Source of the DNA: Micavibrio sp.
Lineage (GTDB): Bacteria; Pseudomonadota; Alphaproteobacteria; Micavibrionales; Micavibrionaceae
Reading direction: 5' to 3'
DNA: 34,520 nucleotides
NCBI GenBank assembly: GCA_039808805.1
Contig: JBDHTU010000001.1
Span: forward strand, 1 to 34,520
Shown: in pieces, positions 27,534-34,520 of the stretch
How the letters are laid out: each line of letters starts with the position of its first letter
Numbering within the stretch: position 1 is the first letter of the stretch
Program-made: the position numbers and the translations under genes
The notes under the pieces: generated by a model
What the model was told of the DNA's origin: nothing
Seen by the model: the letters and a program-made list of their open reading frames with translations, nothing else
Databases searched by the model: none

Positions 27534-27755
27534 TTACGCCGCTGTGCCCTGAACCCGCGCCTCCCCGGCCGGGGACAGGCGGCAGAAAAACCGGGCGTCG
27601 CCTTTTGCGCACGGCGCGCAAAGACGCTCGATCCACCCCTGCCCCAGCGCCTCGTTCACGGCCTCGCTGCCGTAACGGCGGAACAGATCGTCTTCATATT
27701 GAACGGCCTGGGTCGGTTCGAAATACACGGATAGCAGATAGAGATCGTGCAGCAT
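27534..27755 (-). CDS. Small hypothetical protein (73 aa) with CxxC
   Basis: This uses an internal ATG at 27755 with GGAGGG about 5 nt upstream. The sequence is MLHDLYLLSVYFEPTQ ... GWIERLCAPCAKGDARFFCRLSPAGE. The C-terminus looks like a winged-helix wing, but that is weak. Confidence 0.4.
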   Translation of the reverse strand: MLHDLYLLSVYFEPTQAVQYEDDLFRRYGSEAVNEALGQGWIERLCAPCAKGDARFFCRLSPAGEARVQGTAA

Positions 27756-27913
27756 GGCACCCTCCGATAAGGATTGGCGGTTGAAGAGAACGAACGGCGG
27801 AATCGCCGCTTTGATACTAAGAATTATTCGCAAAACAAGGGCGGGTGTCAAGCGCCTAAAAGTTAAAACCACAAGATATTGTGGATGAATGCGTTTTTAT
27901 AACACCAGATATA

Positions 27914-29395
27914 TTACCCGGTCTTGCGGGATTTATCGATGATCGCGGTCGTGCTGAACCCGTCCTGCATCGGCATGATCCGCACTCTGCCGCCATAAGA
28001 CTGCACGATCTTCGCTTCCGGCAGCTGGTCGATCGTGTAATCGCCGCCCTTGAAAAACAGGTCGGGCTTCAGGCTTTCGATCGCCACGCACGGCGTGTTG
28101 TCCTCCCCCGCCTTTTCGGCACCGAACAAAACCACCATATCGACGCTGCCGAGCGCGCCGATCACGGCGGCCCGCGCCTGTTCATCATTCACCGGACGCG
28201 AAGGGCCTTTGAGCAGCCGCACGGAAACATCCGTATTGATCGCGACGATCAGCCTGTCCACCTGCGCACGCGCCTGGGACAGGTATGTAACATGCCCCTT
28301 GTGCAGGATGTCGAAACACCCGTTGGTGAATCCCACCGTGGCCCCAGCATCTTTCCACGCTTTCACTTGCGCGCCCGCATCGTTCAGGCTGAGCAGCGGC
28401 GCAATCCCCGCGCCGATATCGCTGCGGCCAAGCGCAGCGTCCATATCCGCCGCCGTCACCGGCGCGGTGCCGATTTTCGAAACCGCAATGCCCCCCGCGA
28501 TATTCGCAAGCCGCGCCGAATCGTCCAGCGATGCGCCCGCCGCGAGCGCCGCCGCGAGGACGGAGATAACCGTATCGCCCGCACCGGACACGTCGAACAC
28601 ATCGCGCGCCTGCGCGGAAACATGAAGCGGTTTTGCCGTGACGGTAATGACGCTCAACCCGTCTTCGGACCGCGTGGCGATGACGGATTTGATCCCGCAC
28701 TCTTTCATGATCTTCTGCGCGGCGGCCGTGACGTCCGCATCGCTTTTCACGCTGCCCGCGCCCGCGGCCTCCGCGAGTTCCTTGCGGTTCGGCGTGACGA
28801 TATCCGCGCCGTGATAGATGGAATAATCCCGCCCTTTGGGATCGACCAGCACGGGAATGCCCTGCGCCTGTGCTGTTTTAATGATGCCCTGGATCAGGGA
28901 TTTTCCGAGCGTGCCCTTCCCGTAGTCGGACAGCACGATCGCCTTTGCCCCTTTTGCGGCTTTCTGCACGGTATCAAGCAGCGATTTTTCAATCACCGCA
29001 TCCGCCGCGTGCGTCTTTTCGAAATCCGCGCGCATCATCTGCTGGCTGCGCGCGAGGTAGCGGATCTTCTGCGTCGTCGGGCGCGAAGCATCGACGATCA
29101 GGCCGTGCGCGTCGTCGCCGTGCGATTTTGCGAGAGCGCGCACCGTATCCGCCGCGTCGTCCGCGCCGATCAACGTGAACAGGGACGGCTTCGCGCCGAG
29201 CGCGCAAAGATTGGCCAGCACATTGCCCGCGCCGCCGAGCATCAATTTCTCTTCCCGGATTGTCAAAACGGGCACCGGGCCTTCGGGCGAAATACGGTCG
29301 ACATCGCCCGCGACGAATTTGTCGAGCATCACATCGCCCACGACAAGAATTTTAAGACCCTGCGCCTTTTTTAGAATATTTTTAAATCCGTCCAT
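27914..29395 (-). CDS. hldE: Bifunctional D-beta-D-heptose 7-phosphate kinase / D-beta-D-heptose 1-phosphate adenylyltransferase
   Basis: The N-terminal ribokinase-like part carries ILVVGDVMLDKFVAGDVDRISPEGPVPV and DVSGAGDTV. The C-terminal cytidylyltransferase part carries GFTNGCFDILHKGHV. Confidence 0.95.
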   Translation of the reverse strand: MDGFKNILKKAQGLKILVVGDVMLDKFVAGDVDRISPEGPVPVLTIREEKLMLGGAGNVLANLCALGAKPSLFTLIGADDAADTVRALAKSHGDDAHGLIVDASRPTTQKIRYLARSQQMMRADFEKTHAADAVIEKSLLDTVQKAAKGAKAIVLSDYGKGTLGKSLIQGIIKTAQAQGIPVLVDPKGRDYSIYHGADIVTPNRKELAEAAGAGSVKSDADVTAAAQKIMKECGIKSVIATRSEDGLSVITVTAKPLHVSAQARDVFDVSGAGDTVISVLAAALAAGASLDDSARLANIAGGIAVSKIGTAPVTAADMDAALGRSDIGAGIAPLLSLNDAGAQVKAWKDAGATVGFTNGCFDILHKGHVTYLSQARAQVDRLIVAINTDVSVRLLKGPSRPVNDEQARAAVIGALGSVDMVVLFGAEKAGEDNTPCVAIESLKPDLFFKGGDYTIDQLPEAKIVQSYGGRVRIMPMQDGFSTTAIIDKSRKTG

Positions 29396-29556
29396 CTGGC
29401 TGGCCCTTTGAAAACAATCACTTCGCCCCGGGAGATTAAGCCTTTTTTTACCGGTTTTTCCAGCATTTTCGCCTATTTATTAGGATTTCATAAACCTTTC
29501 TTCGGCATACTAAAAGATGGGAAATTGGTAATAACGGTCTAATTACAGGGGAATCG

Positions 29557-30531
29557 TTGGGAGTGGAAGGACTCATCAACAGAAACGCGCCTTACAAAGG
29601 GGTTCTGACGGGCCTGAAAATCCGTCTGCACAAGAACCGCCTTGGCGAACTCCTCGTCCTCGACGGTTTCATCTCACCGGATGAACTGCAGCAAGCCCTC
29701 GTTATCAGCAAATCCACCGGCCGCGCTCTGGGGCATGTTCTCGTCGAAGACAATATCGTCGACCGCGAAGTCATCCGCCAGACGCTGATCGAACAATTCA
29801 TGCTCCGCATGATGATGACGGCATTGACCGTATTCATCTCCTTCGCCGGCATTGCCAGCGGCGGGATCAAACAGGCGAGAGCCGCCAGCATCAAGGATGT
29901 TCCGGCCCGCGTTGCGTTCCAGCAGGCTGCCGCTTACGCGCCGATGGGACAATATCCGAAAATTTTCGGCTCCAGCGAAAAACAATCCACCTCTCTCAAA
30001 GCCTTCACGAAATGGACCGGCATGTTCGACCGTTTCGATGCCGCGCTGAACAGCCCGGGCGGCCAGCAATCCATGAACGGATTTAAATCGCAGCTTGAAT
30101 TCCTGCGCGGCCTTCCGATGAACAAAATGATCTCCGGCGTGAACGATATCGTCAATCGCATTCCGTATGTCAGCGACGCCGCCGTGTATGGGCAGACGGA
30201 CTACTGGGCCACGCCGATGGAATTCATCAAAAACGGCGGCGACTGCGAAGATTTCGCCATCACCAAATATGTCGCGCTCCGCGCTCTGGGCGTTCCCGAA
30301 GAACGCATGCGTATCCTGATCCTGCAGGACATGCAGAAAAACATCCCGCACGCCGTTCTGGTCGTCTATTCCGACAACGGTCCGGTCATTCTGGACAACC
30401 AGATCAAGACCGTGACGCACGTGGACCGCATCTCGCATTATAAGCCGATCTTCTCGATCAACCGCGACGCCTGGTGGCTGCACACCAAACCGAAGGGCAA
30501 CGTCACCGTGGTGGCATCCTCGGCTCAGTAA
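29557..30531 (+). CDS. Fusion protein: N-terminal MshEN/T2SSE_N-like domain, one TM helix, and a periplasmic transglutaminase-like cysteine protease (BTLCP, LapG family)
   Basis: The start is a TTG with AGGGGA 6 nt upstream. Residues 28-51 are RLGELLVLDGFISPDELQQALVIS and residues 57-80 are ALGHVLVEDNIVDREVIRQTLIEQ, separated by 5 residues. The TM helix is MMMTALTVFISFAGIASGGI. The BTLCP triad context is GGDCEDFAITKY, IPHAVLVV and VILDNQ. Confidence 0.85.
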   Translation: MGVEGLINRNAPYKGVLTGLKIRLHKNRLGELLVLDGFISPDELQQALVISKSTGRALGHVLVEDNIVDREVIRQTLIEQFMLRMMMTALTVFISFAGIASGGIKQARAASIKDVPARVAFQQAAAYAPMGQYPKIFGSSEKQSTSLKAFTKWTGMFDRFDAALNSPGGQQSMNGFKSQLEFLRGLPMNKMISGVNDIVNRIPYVSDAAVYGQTDYWATPMEFIKNGGDCEDFAITKYVALRALGVPEERMRILILQDMQKNIPHAVLVVYSDNGPVILDNQIKTVTHVDRISHYKPIFSINRDAWWLHTKPKGNVTVVASSAQ

Positions 30532-30560
30532 GCCGGCCTTAAATTTGGCATAACATAAGG

Positions 30561-30587
30561 AACTTTCCAGCGATGGAAAGTTTTTGT
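30561..30587 (+). terminator. Rho-independent terminator after the MshEN-BTLCP gene
   Basis: The stem is AACTTTCCA / TGGAAAGTT with a 4-nt loop, followed by TTTTG. Confidence 0.85.
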
Positions 30588-30660
30588 GTTTGTGGCCCGA
30601 ACGGCTAAAGTCGGCTGGTTATTTCAGCCCTGTGAATTTTAAACGCGGATTTTAAACGTC

Positions 30661-32361
30661 ATGCTTCTGATACGTCTTCTTCTCTCTCTTGTCCTCGCCT
30701 CCTTCGTACTTTCCCCTGCCCCGGCGCTGGCCACTGCGGCGGTCTTGACGAAAGGCGGGGATACGGCGGCAGAGGAAGCCGAAAAAGCGCCGCCGCCCAT
30801 CGACCAGTGGGGGCGCAGCACGCCGCGCGGCTTGGTAGAGGGGTTCCTGAACGCCATCGGCAAGGAAGACTATGAGAAGGCGGCGCAGTATCTTGATCTC
30901 GGCAAGATTCCCGCGCGCGAGCGCGCAACCCGCGGCCCGCAACTGGCGCGGGACCTTCAGGGGCTGCTCGACAAAGGCGGCTGGTTCTACCCGTCTTCGA
31001 TGCTCAGCAGCGCGCGAGATGGAAAGCTGACCGATGAAACGCCCGCGGAAGAAGACCGGGAAGACGTGATCGGCAATCTGCGCGGCAACGGCAAAACCAT
31101 CGACATCATCGCGGCGATTTCCAAGGACGAAAACGGCCACCCGATCTGGCTGATCTCCGGCGATACGCTCTCGCAGATAGCCGGGCTTACGGGCAGCGCG
31201 GCGGATGAACCGCTGATCAACCGAATCCTGCCCGATACCCTGGTGGAATTGAAATGGGGCGGCGCGCCCGCCGGGCACTGGCTCGCAATGATCGTCCTGC
31301 TCGCCGCATCTTACGGGACCGCGTGGTTTATCATTCTGGGTCTGGTGCGGCTGGGCAAGAAGTACTGGAAGCGGCGCGCCTCGGTCAACGGCCATCATGT
31401 TCTGGACGCCGTGCGCGTTCCGGCAAGCCTCTATCTCGCCGTGTGGATCTTCGGCCTGGCCAGCCTGTGGCTCGGCGTTTCGATCATCGTGCGCCAGCAT
31501 ATCGGCCAGCTCAACGTTATCGTCGCATGGACGGCCATCGCACTGCTCGCCTGGCGGCTGATCGACATCTTCGCCGAGGCGACGCAGCAGAGGATCGGCT
31601 CCAACGGCCGCTTCTACGGCTTTTCCTCCATCCTCTATTTCTTCCGCCGGATCATCAAGATCGTGTTCGGCGTCGTCGTCGCGTTCATCCTGCTCGACAA
31701 TCTCGGCGTCGATGTCACGGCTGGACTGGCGGCTCTCGGGATCGGCGGTATCGCGCTCGCGCTCGGCGCGCAGAAGACGCTGGAAAACTTCATCGGCTCG
31801 CTCGCCATCGTCATCGACCAGCCGATCCATATCGGCGATTACTGCAAGATCGCGGGCGTGGCCGGAACGGTGGAGGATATCGGCATGCGCTCCACGCGCC
31901 TGCGCACCAACGAGCGCACGCTGGTCACCATCCCGAACGGCGACCTGTCGAACCAGACCATCGAGAACTACGCCCGCCGTCCGCGCTTCCTGGTGTCCAA
32001 GAAGTTCGAGCTGCGCTACGACGCGGGCGCCGGCGACATCCTCGCCTTCGTGCGCAAGTACGAAGAGATCCTGTTCGCCAGCGAACATGTCAATGAAGAG
32101 GGGTTCCCGGTGCGCTATCTCGGCCCCGGCCCGAACGGGCATATGATAGAACTATTCTTCTACATCAACGTGACCGACAACAACGAGTATCTGAAAGCGC
32201 AGCAGGCGCTGATGCTGCAAATGATCGACCTGGTCAACACGCTCGGCCTCTATTTCGTGATCCCGTCGCAGACGATGCTTCCGGCGGTGGATCAGCGGGG
32301 CGCGGAGGCCGGCGTTCACGCGGCTGCGGTCCCGTCTGTCAAACCCGCGGCGGCTCAGTAA
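30661..32361 (+). CDS. MscS-family mechanosensitive channel with N-terminal signal peptide and periplasmic domain
   Basis: The signal peptide is MLLIRLLLSLVLASFVLSPAPALA. The MscS core is GIGGIALALGAQKTLENFIGSLAIVIDQPIHIGDYCKIAGVAGTVEDIGMRSTRLRTNERTLVTIPNGDL. Confidence 0.9.
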   Translation: MLLIRLLLSLVLASFVLSPAPALATAAVLTKGGDTAAEEAEKAPPPIDQWGRSTPRGLVEGFLNAIGKEDYEKAAQYLDLGKIPARERATRGPQLARDLQGLLDKGGWFYPSSMLSSARDGKLTDETPAEEDREDVIGNLRGNGKTIDIIAAISKDENGHPIWLISGDTLSQIAGLTGSAADEPLINRILPDTLVELKWGGAPAGHWLAMIVLLAASYGTAWFIILGLVRLGKKYWKRRASVNGHHVLDAVRVPASLYLAVWIFGLASLWLGVSIIVRQHIGQLNVIVAWTAIALLAWRLIDIFAEATQQRIGSNGRFYGFSSILYFFRRIIKIVFGVVVAFILLDNLGVDVTAGLAALGIGGIALALGAQKTLENFIGSLAIVIDQPIHIGDYCKIAGVAGTVEDIGMRSTRLRTNERTLVTIPNGDLSNQTIENYARRPRFLVSKKFELRYDAGAGDILAFVRKYEEILFASEHVNEEGFPVRYLGPGPNGHMIELFFYINVTDNNEYLKAQQALMLQMIDLVNTLGLYFVIPSQTMLPAVDQRGAEAGVHAAAVPSVKPAAAQ

Positions 32362-32588
32362 CCGCTATATTCGTGCGCACCGAGCACGCCGTTGTTGTCG
32401 CGGTCCAGCATGATGAAGCGTTTCTGAACGGTTTTCATGTCATCGCCGCGATAACGGTCACGGAATTGCGCGTAGCTCATGCCCTGCGCCACAGGATCGC
32501 CGGCGCGGGAAATTTTGGGCGCCGCGGTTTCCACACCGCCGCAGGCGGCGAGAAACAGGGGCACTATAAAAAGGAACGGCTTCATCAT
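32355..32588 (-). CDS. Small lipoprotein with one canonical EF-hand calcium-binding loop
   Basis: The lipobox is FLAAC. The loop DRDNNGVLGAHE fits D-x-D-x-N-G-x-L-x-x-x-E. Its start overlaps the upstream HAD stop in an ATGA arrangement. Confidence 0.7.
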   Translation of the reverse strand: MMKPFLFIVPLFLAACGGVETAAPKISRAGDPVAQGMSYAQFRDRYRGDDMKTVQKRFIMLDRDNNGVLGAHEYSGY

Positions 32589-33211
32589 GCGGCCAGCAAC
32601 TCTTTTATAAAGGGATTCCCTGTAATATCATCGGGCCCGTCGACCAGAACGGCGTTCCAGCCGCGTAGCGAAGATACCTCGATATTGCGCGGATCGTCGT
32701 CAAAATAAAGCGGCGGATCAATGTGCGGATTTATCTCCAGCTCCTCTTCGATCTGCGCGAAATAATGCGGGTCGTATTTCAGGCAGCCGAGCCGTGCGGA
32801 ATAATAGAAATCTGCAAAATGGTCTTTCCAGCCAAGCGTGTTTTTCAGATACTGAATGCGTTCGTGACTCTGGTTGGTGGCTGTATAAAGGGAAACGCCA
32901 TCACGCCCGGACAGCGACGTCACCACATCGAACGCCGGACTTAACTTCGTATCGCGGCTGTGCCAGTAATCGATAACATCGGAAGACGCGTGATCGTAGC
33001 CGCGGGATTTAAGCCAGCGCTCCATCTCCTCCTGAAAATTCAAGCGCCCCTGCAAAACCTCCAAAAACCAGCCGTTGAAGATTTCCTGAAAATGGGCGGG
33101 CTTGATGCCGAGATCCCGTTCGATATGCGCATCCCACCGGTTGCGGCGTTCCGGTTTCGCATGAAACCCGTCGATCAAAACACCGTCGATATCGAAGAAA
33201 ATCCGCTGCAT
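32585..33211 (-). CDS. HAD-superfamily hydrolase
   Basis: Motif I is FFDIDGVLIDG, and a later motif is YFDDDPRNI. The ATG at 33211 has AGGAGAG upstream, whereas the track begins at the GTG at 33214. Confidence 0.8.
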   Translation of the reverse strand: MQRIFFDIDGVLIDGFHAKPERRNRWDAHIERDLGIKPAHFQEIFNGWFLEVLQGRLNFQEEMERWLKSRGYDHASSDVIDYWHSRDTKLSPAFDVVTSLSGRDGVSLYTATNQSHERIQYLKNTLGWKDHFADFYYSARLGCLKYDPHYFAQIEEELEINPHIDPPLYFDDDPRNIEVSSLRGWNAVLVDGPDDITGNPFIKELLAA

Positions 33212-33218
33212 CACTCTC

Positions 33219-34520
33219 CTATTCCACCCAGGCGATGCGCAGCACGTTGGTGGAGCCGGGGGTGCCGAACGGAACGCCGGCGGTCAGGACGATGCGTTCG
33301 CCCTTTTTCGCCAATCCCTTTTCAGCGGCGAGCTTGGTCGCGGCCTCCACCGTTTCGGCGAAGGAATTGACGTTGGTGATGTGCACCGGGTTGACGCCGT
33401 AGGACAGCGTGAGCTTGCGGGCCGTGGCGATGTTCTGCGTCAGGCACAGGATCGGCACTTCCGGTCTTTGCCGCGCGGTGCGCAGCGTGGTGCCGCCGGA
33501 CGTGGTGTAATTGGCGATACAGGCCGCGCGAATATCGCGCGAGACCGTGGCTGCGGCAACCGTGATGGCGTCCGACGAATCCATCTCCGTCTGCGGGTGG
33601 TTGGAGCGCATAATGGAATGATAGGTTTCATCGCCTTCGGTCGAGCGGCAGATACGGTCCATGATTTCCACCGATTCCACCGGGTATTTTCCGGCGGCGG
33701 TTTCGGCGGACAGCATGACGGCATCCGTGCCGTCATAGACGGCGGTGGCGACGTCGGAGGCTTCGGCCCGCGTCGGGCGCGGCGCCTCAATCATCGATTC
33801 CAGCATCTGCGTGGCGACGATGATCGGCTTTCCGGCATCGCGCGTCTGGCGAACGATGCGTTTTTGCACGGACGGCACGTCTTCCGGCGGGATTTCCACG
33901 CCGAGATCGCCGCGGGCCAGCATGATGCCGTCCACATGGTCGAGAATCTGCGCAAAGAATTCCAGCGCCGACGGCTTTTCGATTTTCGCCATCAAAGCGG
34001 CGCGGCCATTGATGATCTTGCGCGCCTCGGCGACGTCGGCGGCGGTCTGCACGAAGGATTGCGCAACCCAGTCCGCTCCCATTTCCAGCGCAGCATCGAG
34101 GTCCACGCGGTCCTTGTCCGTGAGCGCGGGCATCGGGATGATGACGCCGGGAATATTGAATCCCTTGTTGTTCGAAAGCTTCGATCCGGCGACGATTTCG
34201 GCGATCAGGTGTTCTTTCCCCTGTTCCTTGATGATGGCGCGGACCTTGCCGTCATCCAGCAGGATTTCGGACCCCGGACGCATGGCAAGGATGACTTCCG
34301 GGTGCGGCAGGCACACGCGGCTTTCATCGCCGGGCGTCGTGTCGAGGTCAAAGCGGATGATGTGGCCTTCTTTCACCTCAATCCGGTCATCCTTGAATTT
34401 GCCGATACGGTTTTTCGGGCCCTGCAAATCCGCCAGCATGGCAATGGGGCGGCCATATTCTTTTTCGAGGGCGCGCGCCGTATTCAGGTTTTTGGCGTGC
34501 GCCTCATGCGTGCCGTGGGA
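33219..34520 (-). CDS. pyk: Pyruvate kinase; the 5' end runs off the window
   Basis: The frame stays open upstream of the track start and reads SHGTHEAHAKNL ... AMLADLQGPKNRIG. Further motifs are MLARGDLGVEIP, IVATQMLESM and DAVMLSAETAAGKYP. Confidence 0.95.
   Translation of the reverse strand, partial: SHGTHEAHAKNLNTARALEKEYGRPIAMLADLQGPKNRIGKFKDDRIEVKEGHIIRFDLDTTPGDESRVCLPHPEVILAMRPGSEILLDDGKVRAIIKEQGKEHLIAEIVAGSKLSNNKGFNIPGVIIPMPALTDKDRVDLDAALEMGADWVAQSFVQTAADVAEARKIINGRAALMAKIEKPSALEFFAQILDHVDGIMLARGDLGVEIPPEDVPSVQKRIVRQTRDAGKPIIVATQMLESMIEAPRPTRAEASDVATAVYDGTDAVMLSAETAAGKYPVESVEIMDRICRSTEGDETYHSIMRSNHPQTEMDSSDAITVAAATVSRDIRAACIANYTTSGGTTLRTARQRPEVPILCLTQNIATARKLTLSYGVNPVHITNVNSFAETVEAATKLAAEKGLAKKGERIVLTAGVPFGTPGSTNVLRIAWVE

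Noticed and set aside
27881-29374. 497-aa plus-strand ORF
   Set aside because: It lies antisense to hldE.
30652-32142. 496-aa minus-strand ORF
   Set aside because: It lies antisense to the MscS-family gene.

Overview
This window looks like a contiguous chromosomal core segment of a high-GC alphaproteobacterium, judged by gene content and by synteny such as M48-dsbA-aroQ-accB-accC-aat and NDUFA12-mlaD-DUF2155. It is densely packed with about 40 protein genes on both strands. I found no rRNA, tRNA, CRISPR array, IS element, integrase or phage gene. Housekeeping genes I recognise are guaB, rlmE, aroQ, accB, accC, aat, clpS, clpA, hldE, pyk (partial) and an RsmB/Sun-type m5C RNA methyltransferase (partial). 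The rest is mostly envelope and stress content: an M48/TPR protease, two DsbA-like proteins, a PCuAC copper chaperone, MlaD, a DD-carboxypeptidase with a SPOR domain, several lipoproteins, an MscS channel, an SLC13 permease and a phasin. The ORF track also holds many long ORFs antisense or out of frame to real genes, which is typical of GC-rich DNA, and I rejected those. The most interesting observation is a single-polypeptide fusion at 29557-30531. It joins a cytoplasmic MshEN-type tandem-motif domain (a c-di-GMP-binding module), one TM helix, and a periplasmic LapG-like transglutaminase-like cysteine protease (BTLCP). Next in rank are an AT-rich 75-aa ORF wedged with 1-3 nt spacers between clpS and clpA, a GNAT gene inserted between accB and accC, and a lysine-rich-tailed phasin behind two TGC-N3-GCA palindromes. 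Lower in rank are a DUF2157/GDYXXLXY-variant pair and several small secreted or lipoprotein gene sets. All family assignments come from motif reading by eye, with no database search run.
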